Translations under genes and position numbers: made by a program
In this document: positions 47,963 to 60,191 of the stretch, in pieces
Position numbering within the stretch: position 1 is the first letter of the stretch
Layout of the letters: each line of letters begins with the position of its first letter
Origin: Psammoneis japonica
Lineage: Eukaryota
DNA: 64,000 nucleotides
Reading direction: 5' to 3'
Assembly: GCA_008632985.1 (NCBI GenBank)
Contig: QPGO01000053.1
Location: forward strand, 1 to 64,000
The notes under the pieces: model-generated
The model's input: the letters and a program-made list of their open reading frames with translations, nothing else
Told to the model about the DNA's origin: nothing
Database searches by the model: none

Positions 47963-48632
47963 GATCAGGACATCCAAGAAGCCATTTTTTGATCCTGCAG
48001 ACATGTTGCCTGATGCACCTTTCTCGTGAAGCCTCAAGAAGGCATGCCATGGAGCTTGCATTGTCAAAGTTGGTGAGAACCATGACAGCTTGTCATTGAA
48101 CATGTCTGGGACAGGGGCTCGTGGAGGCTTTGAGAGGCACTTCTTGGGCTGAATTTGACAATGTCCACAGGACGCTCATGACCATGGTGGGGCAATGGCT
48201 GTGGAGCCAGCGGTGCTGTCAGGAGCTTCCAGCATGTTTGTCAACAAAGCTGTCCAGCCCACCGACACCGCCAAAGCAACAACAAAGCAACAGATGGGGA
48301 GATCAGGACATCCAAGAAGCCATTTTTTGATCCTGCGGACATGTTGCCTGATGCACCTTCCTCATGAAGCCTCAAGAAGGCATGCCATGGAGCTTGCATT
48401 GTCAAAGCTGGTGAGGACCATGACAGCTTGTCATTGAACATGTCTGGGACAGGGGCTCGTGGAGGCTTTGAGAGCACTTCTTGGGCTGAGTTTGACAATG
48501 TCCACAGAGGACGCTCATGAACATGGTGGGGCAATGGCTTTGGAGCCAGCGGCACTGTCAGGAGCTTCCAGCATGTTTGTCAACAAAGCTGCCACAGCCC
48601 ACCAACACTGCCAAAGCAACAACAAAGCAACA
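47963..48632 (+). repeat. ~338-bp tandem duplication whose first ~140 bp is a plus-strand copia fragment
   Basis: GATGGGGAGATCAGGACATCCAAGAAGCC at ~48293 matches copia 2701 GATGGGGAGATCAGGACACCCAAGATGCC. Confidence 0.88.
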
Positions 48633-49366
48633 ACGTTGCTGTGCCAACCAGGCAAAAGCTCGGCCAAAGAAGAAGGTGGCAGCTCACCCCATGTGTGGCC
48701 ACAAGCCCCCCCTTGCCCCCCCCCCTTTGGGTTGACAGGCTGTTGTGGTGAAAGGGAAGGAGAAATTCATTCTTCACCAGGTTGAGGCAATGTGGCCTTT
48801 GTTGCCTTGGGTTTTGGTCGGCTGCAGGGGGGGCTCCAACCTCGGAGCACTGCCAGGCTTGGACCCAACACACCATTGAGAAGAGAGCTGAAAGCACCGG
48901 TGGCTGTTGCTTTTTCTCTTCTAGTTTTCTCTTCTAGAAAAGAATGAACATCAACAATCTACCCCTGCGAGCCAGCGAGTGAATTTTGAAAGGGGCAGGC
49001 AGTGCGAGTGGCATGGCCCAGGTCCGCAGAAAAAAGGGCGCTCGAAAACATGACGGTTGGAATGCGGACCTATTCCCACGCAGACCCCGCGGAGTGTCCA
49101 TGCCGCGCCGGAAAAAATGAAACGCGGGTTGTCGTTCGTGCCAAGTGCCAAGTTGCTCACGTGCTCACAAAGCGAAAGCGTCGCTGATGTCCACAATCCT
49201 TGTCATCTGTGCCGGTAAGCTGTGCGTACACGGCCCTTCATTTGTTGTGATCGCAGTGCAAAAACTGCCCTTGAGAGCGCCCTAGTAGCTGGGAATGCTC
49301 GACAGGCCGTAGCAGGGTAGCAGGCCATACAACGAAGCCATTTGCACCTTCTTCTTTTCCTCAGAA

Positions 49367-51415
49367 ATGAGCAACAACAAGAAGAAGAGGAGCACGAACC
49401 ATTCGGAGGACTCCGATGGTGGCGGAAACAATTTTGCGTCAGAAATTCCATGGCTCACGGAAAGAGAGAAGGCGGCGAAACCAGCAGCCCATGCTTTCAA
49501 TGAAGAAGAGGATTTTCACATCACTAAGATAGGAAAACAAGTCAACAAGGGTGAGGCTGGGGGCTTTTTGGCACCAACGGTAGCTCAGGGAGCATCTGCC
49601 ACCAGCAGTTCTTCACATCGCAGGCGCCGTGGTACCAGCAGCAATAGAGTCGATGAAGGTGATACCCAGCCTGCAGTTGGTGGAATTCAAATCCTAGACG
49701 AAAGAATGATGGACCATAACATGACTTCTCCTAACGGTGCAAGCATCTCTCTTACTGCTGCTGGCGTTGTTGGTGAGCCTGAAGAACGCATTGGACTCTC
49801 TGTCCATCCTGGAGCAGTTCACGTTCCGGGACCTGGAGGAGGGGAGGACCGAGAGGAGGAGGATTCCACATGGCAGCAAGCTTCTCAAAGTGGTTCTCAC
49901 CTCCACGGTGGAGAGAGCACAACATTGGTGCCACCAGTGCTTGAAGCACAATTGGTGGACGATGACCGAACATACATTCTTGAAGAAAACCGCCGGTTGA
50001 GAGAACGGGTAGCTCAGATGGAAAGTGAACCGCAAAGGCAAGAAATCGTTGCAGCAGGAGTCGTTACAAACAGAAGCAGCATAATTCTATCATGGTTTGC
50101 AAAGCACAAACGGTTTGTTGGAGGGTGTGTTCTACTTTTGTTGGTTGGTGTTATTGTTGCCATTGTGTTGGGCGTTGTGATTGGTGAAAATGGGTCAACG
50201 CCGACAACATTAGCCTCTGTGTCTTTAAGTCCCACAATATCGTTTCAGCCAACGGACGGGCCATCTCCAACGGACAACACCACGGAATCGCCAATGCCTA
50301 GTAACACACCGTCGATAACAGAGACTCCTCAAGGGTATAACTGTGAACCTCTCAATGCTGACTTCCAAGTACGCTGGAAAGTAGATGGGGAGCATATTGC
50401 GGTCGAGCTCTTAGGTCTGATTGGTGAATCAGAATACATGGCTTTTGGTATTTCAGGCGACGATACATCCACCAGCATGATAGGGGCTGACGCAGTTGTT
50501 GCGTATGCCTTTAACGGTGCATTTCGTGCCCGTGACTATTACATGAATATCCGTGCCCAATGCAACAACGGCGACGGGGTGTGTCCTGATGACACCACTG
50601 GCATTTTCGACAACGACGTCACCAAAGTCTCAGGAGAAGAAGATTCTGGTATCACCTTGATCAGATACACGCTTCCGTTAACTCCCTCTAATATAGGTGA
50701 AGACGCGGGGGGTCGAACGGTAGATCGAGCCATTTCGGTAGAACCTGCCGTCTTCACTTTCATCGTGTGGGCGCTGGGACCATTTGATCCGAACACGGGG
50801 TTGCCATTTTTTCACTCCATCGGGTTCCCTCGGAATGACGTAAGCCTCGAGTTTGGACGAGCCGTGGTGGACAACTGCAGCCCATATATAGGAGAAGCAA
50901 CGGAGCCGCCCATGGAAGCGGAAGTCGACTGTTCCAACTTAAATGACAGCCCGATGGAGCTGGCGGCCGGTTTGACCCTCAGCGCTGGTATCGATCCTGT
51001 CGCAAACACATTGATTGCTGAACTTGTTTACGACGGTGTCGGATGGCTGGCCATGGGTTTTACGGCGGGAACCGCGTTGATGGTAGGATCAGAGGCAGTT
51101 ATTGGTTTACCCGACCAACAAAATAGTCAATCAAACCCGGGCAAGTACAATCTGAATGCTAGAGCTTTCTCCGGAGTACAACTTATGCCTGACAGCCAGC
51201 AGACTCTAATCAACTCGTCTGTTGTTCAAGAAAATGGGCAGACCATCCTGAAGTTTACGAAGCTCTTATACGAACCAGATGAATACCAGATCTCCGAGAC
51301 TGAGAAGAATACCTTTTTGTTCGCCTACGGATTTGATAACAATCTAGGGATACATGCAGTGCGCGGGGGGTTTTCTTTAGCCCCAAGGCATTGTAAGGGT
51401 GGCAAACCCGATTGA
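49367..51415 (+). CDS. Type II membrane protein with two DOMON domains
   Basis: TM VGGCVLLLLVGVIVAIVLGVVI. YMAFGISG...MIGADAVV...FH and GWLAMGF...MVGSEAVIG...IH give the Met/His haem-ligand pattern. Confidence 0.85.
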   Translation: MSNNKKKRSTNHSEDSDGGGNNFASEIPWLTEREKAAKPAAHAFNEEEDFHITKIGKQVNKGEAGGFLAPTVAQGASATSSSSHRRRRGTSSNRVDEGDTQPAVGGIQILDERMMDHNMTSPNGASISLTAAGVVGEPEERIGLSVHPGAVHVPGPGGGEDREEEDSTWQQASQSGSHLHGGESTTLVPPVLEAQLVDDDRTYILEENRRLRERVAQMESEPQRQEIVAAGVVTNRSSIILSWFAKHKRFVGGCVLLLLVGVIVAIVLGVVIGENGSTPTTLASVSLSPTISFQPTDGPSPTDNTTESPMPSNTPSITETPQGYNCEPLNADFQVRWKVDGEHIAVELLGLIGESEYMAFGISGDDTSTSMIGADAVVAYAFNGAFRARDYYMNIRAQCNNGDGVCPDDTTGIFDNDVTKVSGEEDSGITLIRYTLPLTPSNIGEDAGGRTVDRAISVEPAVFTFIVWALGPFDPNTGLPFFHSIGFPRNDVSLEFGRAVVDNCSPYIGEATEPPMEAEVDCSNLNDSPMELAAGLTLSAGIDPVANTLIAELVYDGVGWLAMGFTAGTALMVGSEAVIGLPDQQNSQSNPGKYNLNARAFSGVQLMPDSQQTLINSSVVQENGQTILKFTKLLYEPDEYQISETEKNTFLFAYGFDNNLGIHAVRGGFSLAPRHCKGGKPD

Positions 51416-51522
51416 CTTGGGTCTACTATGTCTCACCAAGCCCAACAATAGGAAATCGCAAACATATGAGTATATGCTTAGAGTCTCTGCCAATCTCCCA
51501 ACCAATATATCAAAAACACACA

Positions 51523-52445
51523 TCAAGTCAAGCTTTGCTTCAAAAATGACTCTAATGCTTTGCCAACCTGGTCTCGGCCACCGCGAGCTGGAAAGTGTGA
51601 ACCACCTTCAATAATATCCAGCATGACAGCATGCTGATCTCCAAGGGCGGCTTGAATATCGTCGAATGATTCATTCGCTTCCGAAACAGGAATACACTTG
51701 TCGAGGTTGCCATGCAAAATCAAAAAGGGAAACTTAAAACCGGGATATGCCTTGATTCTGTTCAAAGCCTCGTCACCACGCCACGCAATGTTGTAGTACA
51801 TGGATTCCTGACAGGCTTCCGGACGCTCCTCCAAAATGCCCGAAATCACTTGCTGTGCTTCATCACTATCGATAGATGGCAACGGCTCATTGCTGCTGTA
51901 CACAATGGCGTTCCAAAGATTATAACATGCCTCGCTTGACTTGGATTGAATCAAACTCACTGCCGAAGCGGACAAGAGCGTGTCGCATTCCTCGCGAGAC
52001 ATGATGATTCCGTCTGCTTTACGCCCATACCGAAGTCCCCGCGTAGAGACGGACGCGTACAGCACAACTCCACGGACTCGGTCCGGCAACATGGCAGCCA
52101 CTTCCATCACAACGGGTCCACCGGTGGACCAACCAAGCAGTACAAACTGTTGCAAACTTAAATGTTCTAACAGCGCTGAAACGTCCTTGGCGTTGCCTTT
52201 ATGGCTTCCTGGAGATGTATTATGAGTAGATTGTCCAAAACCACGGAGTTCGGGAGCCACAACTCGCACGATGCAAAGCAAGGCAGTTCCATTTTATCTT
52301 TCAGGCCGTAGGCATTGCTCAAATTTCCGTGAATCACAACCAGAGTGTCTGCACCGTGTTGTTGTTGTTGTTTGCCAGGAATATCAAGGTAGCTCAACAC
52401 TTCGCCGTACATCTCTACAAATTGTCGATTAGGAAGCAGCGTCAT
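51523..52445 (-). CDS. Alpha/beta hydrolase
   Basis: Motifs VVIHGN, APELRGFGQS, GWSTGG, HGNLD, GGSH. Indel near 52280. Confidence 0.85.
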
Positions 52446-52856
52446 TGCTATACAGTATCGAGGACGCAGCCGACAAGCGACGCTAGATGATAGCGATATG
52501 ACTAGGTTTGGCATCGCATCTTCTTTTTCTTCGAAAGAGGAATTAGAAATTGGTCGCGGATGCATCAGACGTGAAATTTTGGGTTATGGGGTGATACGGA
52601 TTCGCGCGGGAAACTAATTCACTTCTACAAATCCGAATAAATAGAATGAATTATCAAAAATCTTCCCATCGCGCTTCGACGACATGATGATGTTATGTGT
52701 GATGTGCGACATTATCAGAACACCATCTGCTTTCCATCGTTCTGTGTTCATTTGTTGTGTATTTCGTTTTGCGTTACGTGCCTGGTGTCTCCAGAGTAGA
52801 AGCCCGGTTGATTCAAATCCTTCAGACTGATAGAAGATACTGTCTGTGCTACAACC

Positions 52857-54836
52857 ATGTTCGAAAATTGGGGCGAATGGAGGCCCCCGACCATGAAGAC
52901 CGCGGTGTATGGTGGTCTCGTGGGGGTCATCTCAATCACTGTCTTTCGATACCGTCGAGCCATCCAGCGAGAAATGCAGAAAGTTCAGGACGAATCATTG
53001 ATATTTGGTGGCCTGACGATGGTCAGGCAAAAACCTTCGGTCGATAATGTCAGTACACGTTCTCTTGGGCGCACCATGGTTTTGGAGTTAAACCCAGATT
53101 TTGTTGAGCTTCACAACGAAAAATGGCGTTTCACGAGTTTGGGCGACTACTTATCGAGTCTTCGTCCCGGAGTCATACCAGGAAACATCGAGACAAAGGA
53201 TCTTCCAGGTTGGATTCAGACCGAATTAGAGGCGGGGTTGGCGACTTCTCTTGTCAAACTGCTTGGCCCAACCGCAGGGAGAGCTTTGCTTCCCGCATTA
53301 GGCATGGGACCGGTGCCTTCGGTTGTCAGTACGGTGGCATCGAATCTCGTGTCCCGCTTCTGGTCAAAGAGCTCCAAGGAAGGCGGCGAAGATCAAGGAC
53401 TCCTTTCTCTGACCTTGTACAATGCTCTTGGATTCTCAGATATGAACGCAACACGTGTGTCAAACAAAAAGAAGCGCGACCCGGAAAGCACTACCAACGA
53501 AGATCTCACAGCCATGGACAAGATGAAAATAGGTGAATACGGACCGACACCATCATATGGGTCCTCCTTTCTAGCAAAAGATGAGGAGTCTTCCGAACAG
53601 GAAAAGCCATTGATACCAAACCCGTTTGTCGTGTCTGAACACTGGGAGCCTGCGATTCGTGGGATGGAAGAACTTATATCCAGTTCGGCGAGTTATCAAG
53701 GCGCTGCGACTCGGATGGAGGTCGATGCTAGGAATGACATTGATCCTTCAAAAGAAGAGAATGTCGTTGAAGTTATCAAGTATGACCCGAACGGAAAAGA
53801 GTTGATCGAGCCAGTTCCCGTGGACGAGAAGATTTTCCCTGACCTTCACCTTGGGTTTGGTGGCGCAAAGTGTACACACACTCATCGAGAAATCGTCCAG
53901 AACCGTCTCATTGCGGTACTGCTAAACCGCCTGGCGGCTAACTATCACGACTTCTACACTGATGGAGAGACAGAGGAGAAGTTTATACTCCAAATGGATA
54001 AGGCTGGAAAGCAAATTTCTCGCCCACATGAGTTCTTTGATGCTCTAATTGAAAGTGGTCACGATGTGACAATGCAGGTCGCGACGCAGCCGACAACTTT
54101 CGGGGTAGCGTTGTGCATCAAAGAGGAGGACGGGAGTTGGACAAATGTTCCACTCTCATATTTCTTTGGAAGTGGATACGAAACTGACTCTGGGCAAAAA
54201 GTGCCAGCATTGCTGCCACACAGTGGGGTGAATCTCGAGTTGACGGGTCCTCTAATTGGGTCCTCTTCCAGGTGCAGTCTTCAGCACTACATGGCAATTG
54301 AAGGAATGTGTGGGTGGCACTCCAATCATGACGCCGATGTCCCGTGGCTCCAAAGAACGTACTGCGGGCCTTCCTTGAAAGGGGTGGATGTGTCGCGTGC
54401 CGCGAGAGTTGCAGCGTTGTACGGTGTCTTGCTGAACACTGTCGGTACTGAAATGGATCTTCCATTTGGAGGCTATGGCTTGACAGCAGTTTGTAATGAT
54501 ACTGCGGCGGTTCTGGAGCACTCACTCCATGGTTCAACCAATATATATCCTCTTACATCTATTGGTCGATTTTCTATGCATGTGATTCGATATGCGAAAC
54601 AAGTAAGAGACAACATGTCAAATGACGAATCCATGGCAGCCGAGGTAAAAGATTTGAATTCTCTTATGCGCTCAATCCGAAGCATTCCCTCTGACTTGGC
54701 TCCCTCGCCAAGAAATGTTGAGGATGCAGGGAAAAGAATGCTTCACTGTCTCCCCGATGATTTACCATTTGAGCTCATGTTGCAAACAGAGAAAAACATG
54801 GGTGTCATCATGGAGGAATACGAACATTTTGGATGA
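52857..54836 (+). CDS. Hypothetical 659-aa protein with N-terminal membrane anchor
   Basis: Long uninterrupted ORF; PFGGYG..VCND motif; function not recognised. Confidence 0.8.
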   Translation: MFENWGEWRPPTMKTAVYGGLVGVISITVFRYRRAIQREMQKVQDESLIFGGLTMVRQKPSVDNVSTRSLGRTMVLELNPDFVELHNEKWRFTSLGDYLSSLRPGVIPGNIETKDLPGWIQTELEAGLATSLVKLLGPTAGRALLPALGMGPVPSVVSTVASNLVSRFWSKSSKEGGEDQGLLSLTLYNALGFSDMNATRVSNKKKRDPESTTNEDLTAMDKMKIGEYGPTPSYGSSFLAKDEESSEQEKPLIPNPFVVSEHWEPAIRGMEELISSSASYQGAATRMEVDARNDIDPSKEENVVEVIKYDPNGKELIEPVPVDEKIFPDLHLGFGGAKCTHTHREIVQNRLIAVLLNRLAANYHDFYTDGETEEKFILQMDKAGKQISRPHEFFDALIESGHDVTMQVATQPTTFGVALCIKEEDGSWTNVPLSYFFGSGYETDSGQKVPALLPHSGVNLELTGPLIGSSSRCSLQHYMAIEGMCGWHSNHDADVPWLQRTYCGPSLKGVDVSRAARVAALYGVLLNTVGTEMDLPFGGYGLTAVCNDTAAVLEHSLHGSTNIYPLTSIGRFSMHVIRYAKQVRDNMSNDESMAAEVKDLNSLMRSIRSIPSDLAPSPRNVEDAGKRMLHCLPDDLPFELMLQTEKNMGVIMEEYEHFG

Positions 54837-54940
54837 CTAGAGGGATATATCGAAACGATTTCGTTTTACGTTTACTGTCGAACTGATCTACGTCTAGTGA
54901 CAGCGCTCGTGTTCATCTGCATCTCCTTTCACTATAGTAA

Positions 54941-56632
54941 TTACTTGTGCTCTTCATATGCTTCCATAACTTCTTCCACAATTTTCTTGGAACCCATAAT
55001 GATTGGGACACGCTGGTGAACTGTAGTGGGATGAATATCCATGACGCGTTCTGTTCCTGTTGTACACCAGCCACCCGCTTGTTCCATTAAGAATGCCATG
55101 GGTGCACCTTCGTATAGAAGACGCAGTTTGCCGTTTGGGTTCTTACCGGCCAATGCTGGATAGCCAAAGATGCCCCCATACAGAAGGCTGCGATGAACAT
55201 CTGCTACCATGCTTCCAATATATCGACTTGAGAACTTTTCACCAGATTTGCCTGTTCCTCTTTTCCATTTGTCGTAAACTTCTTGAAGTGGCTCGTCCCT
55301 ATCATTGCATAAGGTAGAAAATGCTGAGCAAACCTTGGCCGTAATGAATGCACGCCGTCTTTCCTTACGTACACATTGTCGTAGCTCAGATACTCACCAC
55401 AGGTAGCTGTGTGCCTCGTTGAAACTCATAATAGACGCTGTTTCTGGAATTTTTATGTTTGGATGGGATAAGACGAACTCTCCTAGCTCTTCATCTAATG
55501 TAAAGCCATACACCCCGCATCCCTTTTGATCGCATTGGCAAAACAATGTGAGACAAAAAGGAGATCCTCAACGATACGATGGAATTGGAGACTTACTATT
55601 GTCATGACGAAGAAGGTAGAGGAACTATAAAGACAATAACCCGATGCCACCAAGTTGTTGCCCGGCTGCAAGGTGTTGACCAAGCACGTGACATCGTCTT
55701 CGTTCAAATCGTCGTGTTCACCATCCAGGAAATCGGATATATCGCAGCTGTCGTCATGATGAAAGATCCCGAAAATTGTTCCAGTTGGGATTCCTGCATC
55801 GACGTTAGATGACCCGTCCAACGGATCAAACACGGCAACAAATCTTGAGCCCTCATCGTACAAGAGTCCTTGTTCACCACCGAGGGCATTCACCTGGGAT
55901 GTTGCGTGCAACCACCGTCCGTGTTAGAATTGTTGAGCTCAACTCTGGACAACCACTGAAACGTTCCTTGAAAACTTACAGGTTTTTCCTCTTCTTCTGA
56001 TGCAATAACTCCAAGTCTCCCTGTAAATCTAAGGGCTCTCTTGAGAACGTCATTCGTAATCACATCGAGTTTCTGAAGTACAGTACAGTACGAGAAACGA
56101 GAAAGAAATTTATATCTTGCAGTTGAATAGCAAATTGCGGGAAAAAATTCCCCATTGACGCACCTTTTGCTCTTCGCCCTGAATGTTTATAATTCCTTCG
56201 CATCCCAGCACAGAACTGCATGGCAGATGGCTCCTTTTTACTAGACTTGTGATAGCTTTGCATGCGGTTTGAATACCACTGAACAGAGTTGCCAACTCCT
56301 GTAACTCAGGATTGAGACGTTCAACTTCTAGCATGAACCTGGTATCATAAAGATACGCGAAGCTTTAAAAAATCTGTATCATATGCGCTTCAGATTCATT
56401 GACTACCAAGAAAAGCTTACCGTGTCAAGGTGATCCCTGTCGTTTCGCACACTTCGTCAAAGACTGGACTCAAGGGTCCTTTATTTCTGCCGTTGACAAC
56501 ATCGGAATCCATCGACAACGTCATTCTTCTTTCGCCAAAGCGGACCGCATCATGTAAATGTTTACTGCGTTGGACAAAACAGAAAGCCGGTGATAGCAGG
56601 ACTGTCCCTGACCAAAGGATGCAGTTTCTCAT
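54941..56632 (-). CDS. FBP: Fructose-1,6-bisphosphatase class 1, probably plastid-targeted, multi-exon
   Basis: Motifs [43 protein letters not shown]; bipartite-like presequence. Confidence 0.93.
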
Positions 56633-56980
56633 GCTGGCAGCTCGATGATTCTTGTTCGGATTTTGACTCTTTTGCTACAGTACAGAGGGAGGACGCAACT
56701 ACAATAAAAAAAAATGTGTGAGAGAATGAAAATAAAAATGAAAGTGATGTCTATGTCACGTTGCGATTATTTTACTTAGGGGCTTTCTGCCACGTCATTC
56801 ATCTCAATCCGAACTGCTCGTGCGTCCGTCATTGGTCCGTGTGGGAAAGAAAACTTCCCGCCACCCTGCTTGCTTTTTTCTTGATGCAATTTCAAATTTC
56901 TCGTCGTCTGCGCCACCACATCAACATCAGAGAATGAAAGGGTTTTTATCGTCTGTCACCATAAATTGTGCTCAAATATC

Positions 56981-58679
56981 ATGACATCGCAAGAAATCGA
57001 CGCACTGCTGGATCAGCAGCTCAAACATAGAAACCATGAACATGGAAAGATAGAAGAATACGGCTCAATTGCTGTGACTGTTATTGAGAATGAAGATCAC
57101 GACCCCGTCGTTGTTCACGACTTCAGTGGTCCTGTCCTTCTTGAAACAGACACAGTTGAACGACGCGATTCCTTGATTGATGAAATTAGTTTGGTTCAAG
57201 ATGAAGGATCTGTTGATACGCTTCCAGAACACCCTTCCGCGGACCTTGGTGGTCAAGCCACGCTAGCTTCAGAGATTGCAAGCATGACGAAGAATTTGAT
57301 TGGATGTGGCGCATTGAGTCTCTGCAATGGGATCGCCCTTTGCTCGAATGCTCCCGCCGCTATAGTGGCTGCAAACTTTTGGATTGTTATCATGGGAGTT
57401 ATATTCGGTTACTTTTGTTGGTTGATTGCTAAAGTTTGCGAAATGACGGGACGTCACACGTACCGTGGTATTTGGCAGGAAACAATGGGTCATCAAGGTT
57501 CAATGGTGGTTAGTATGGCAAACGCATTGAAAGCCGCACTTGCTGATCTAGCTTACGCCACGATCTTGGCAGATACCTTGAACTCACTCTTTGCATCTGC
57601 TGGATGGGAGGTGTCTCGTACGGTTTGCTTGTTTCTCATATCGGTGACGGCCATCCTTCCGCTCTGCCTACTCAAAAACTTACACGTACTCGCTCCCTTC
57701 TCCGTTGTGGGAACAGCAGGAATCATCTTTACTGCTTTTGCCATGGCTATCAGATACCTGGACGGCTCGTACCAAAAAGGCGGTCGGTTCCATGACGACA
57801 TAGACCGGTCCTTTCAACCATACTTTGGAAAGACCAATGGTTCATGGACGACCGGAATCCTCCCCTTTGTTTGCATGCTGTACGAAGTAAGTGCCAAGAA
57901 GAGCGTACTCGATGCAAGTCACGGTTTCCCTCACCACATTGAAAGCTAACCTCTTATTTTTTATGGATTTCTTTTGAATAGGCATATGTGATGCACTACA
58001 ATTCACCGCGTAAGTTATCGGTGGTTCGGTCTAGGAACGACCTTCGCTACTGTTGGCTAACAAACATGTGTTCTGTTTGATGTCCACAGGCTTTTACACG
58101 GAATTAAAAGACCGAAGCCTGCCACGCTTTGGAATTGCTGTATCTTCCTCCTTTGGCTTATCTGCGTTGCTCTACTGTGGAATCGCTTGTTTTGGTTATC
58201 TCACTTTCGGGGGTAACTCTTCCAGCTACATTCTCAACAATTACAGTCCCCATGATCCACTTGCCACCGTATGCCGTATAGCAGTTGGCCTTTCGACGTT
58301 GATGGCCTATCCGATTGTGTTTATGGGGGTACGCGACGGCGTGTTGGATATCTTTGAAGTTCCAGTTGTGGATCAAACACACCAGAAATTGAATTCCTTG
58401 ACGTTGATACTGCTGAGTATCTTGACGATAATAGCCGTCTTTGTGACAGACTTGGGTCTCATCAACGCAGTTGGGGGTGGGCTAGTTTCAACCATGATTG
58501 TCTTTGTATTCCCAACTCTCATTTTCCGATCGGCGGTCAAACAACTGTTGGGGGACGCCTCGAAAGAAGATTTGAGTGCAGCAATCATGTCCACAGGACT
58601 GACTGTTGTTGGTGTCATACTCGGAGTGATTGGTGCCTTGCTTGCAGTTGTTGGGCCGGCGGAAACTACCTCGGAATAG
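56981..58679 (+). CDS. Amino acid transporter (Aa_trans/SLC38-like), 2 introns (57887-57981, 58010-58090)
   Basis: KNLIGCGALSL, ~11 TM segments, GYLTFG, ILNNY. Confidence 0.88.
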
Positions 58680-58878
58680 CCGTGCCTGAACTTAAAACTA
58701 CCCTCCTCGAGAGTTTAGATGTATGGTGCTGTCTCGAAGAGTCCGCCTTCAAAAAACCGCTTTCATATAAAAGTTAATATCTATTTATTGCATGCTGTAG
58801 CGTTATCTCTCTATTTTTCTAGGCCGTTTGTTGCTCCGCAATTTGTTGCTCTCGCCACATCATGCATGAAGCTTAGGA

Positions 58879-59889
58879 TTACTTCCCAGGAGGTCCACTA
58901 GTTGTGCCGCCAGGACGGCCGGGAGGTCCACCTCCAGATCGTGATCCTAGATGAAGCCCCCCATCAACGGACAAGCTGATTCCAGTGATGAAACGGCCTC
59001 CGCCATTTCCAGCAAGAAACGCGACAACATCACCAATTTCCTTTGGATCAATTTCTTCTTGCATTGGCACCGCTGACTGGACGAGCCGATTGAACAGTTT
59101 CCCATCATCAACTCCACGACTCTTTTCTATGCGATTCCAAGCTTCGGTGTTGGTTGCACCAGGAATAATGACATTGCAGTTGACCCCCAACTTTGCTGCT
59201 CTGAGAGCGAATAGTCTCATCGAGTACTCCATGACGCACTTGCCAGAGCCCGGCATATCGTAGCCTGGGTTGGCTCGTTGCATTATATTACAACCGGGAG
59301 AACTGATCCCAATCAATGTGCCGCGGTAGGGAGTATTTAAGCCTTCAGCAGCCTTTCTCATGCGAGCCAAGCCTCTTTCGCACATGTCAACGTATGCGTC
59401 ACCATACATTCGTTGGTAGTAATGCATCATGTCCAGGTTGACTTTCCCGTCATCATCCAACAAAGTACCATCTCCAAACCCCAAGGATGCCTTAGATAAG
59501 CCGTCTGCATTATCCGAGGTGATGCCCACGTACTGACCCGCGTTGTGTACCACAGCAGCCAAACAACAGCCATCACCAAACTTGTCGTCGAAACAAGAAA
59601 AGACGTCATCACGCGTCGATGAAAGCGAAATATCACCACCCACAAGTTCCACTTGTAGAGACTCATGCTTCTTGCACAATTCAGCTGCAAACGCTTCTGC
59701 TGCTTCTCTGTTGGTGTTGTAAGAAAGAAGAAATCCCTGAAATTCGCCACTCTCTGCCAAAGCTTGTGTTATACCTCGACCAATTCCACGACTTCCGCCT
59801 GTAATAATAGCGATACGTTTGGGGGTATCAGACATGACAGTAGACGTTGCCAAGCACAAAAAGAAGAAGAGGACCGCCAAATCGATCAT
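58879..59889 (-). CDS. Short-chain dehydrogenase/reductase with Y-x6-K (enoyl-reductase-like) motif
   Basis: Motifs TGGSRGIG, HNAG, YDMPGSGK, FITG..LSVDGG. Confidence 0.85.
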   Translation of the reverse strand: MIDLAVLFFFLCLATSTVMSDTPKRIAIITGGSRGIGRGITQALAESGEFQGFLLSYNTNREAAEAFAAELCKKHESLQVELVGGDISLSSTRDDVFSCFDDKFGDGCCLAAVVHNAGQYVGITSDNADGLSKASLGFGDGTLLDDDGKVNLDMMHYYQRMYGDAYVDMCERGLARMRKAAEGLNTPYRGTLIGISSPGCNIMQRANPGYDMPGSGKCVMEYSMRLFALRAAKLGVNCNVIIPGATNTEAWNRIEKSRGVDDGKLFNRLVQSAVPMQEEIDPKEIGDVVAFLAGNGGGRFITGISLSVDGGLHLGSRSGGGPPGRPGGTTSGPPGK

Positions 59890-60191
59890 CTAAAGCGTGA
59901 TAACAACAACAATTCTGTCGCAACAGATCTTTTTTGTGCTCGCGCGTAGTCTACGTATGCGTATCGACACCTCTCACATCCGGGTGTCGCGATGCCAAAG
60001 CTGCCCACCTCAACTCAGATCGCTACAGTACCGGTATGCCATCACAAAAGAAGATATTCTAGCAACGGTATTTTAGACACTAAACCAACTCTGAAATGTG
60101 TTAGGCCTTTTCAATTAACGGATTAGGTCGAGAGAGTGATCAGTCGGTTCTGAAGTGCTACGTGTCGTGAGGATTGAACGTTGAAGACCCA

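Noticed and set aside
14734..56632. PFK and FBPase as a metabolic gene cluster
   Set aside because: They are ~38 kb apart with unrelated genes between and have different predicted localisation.
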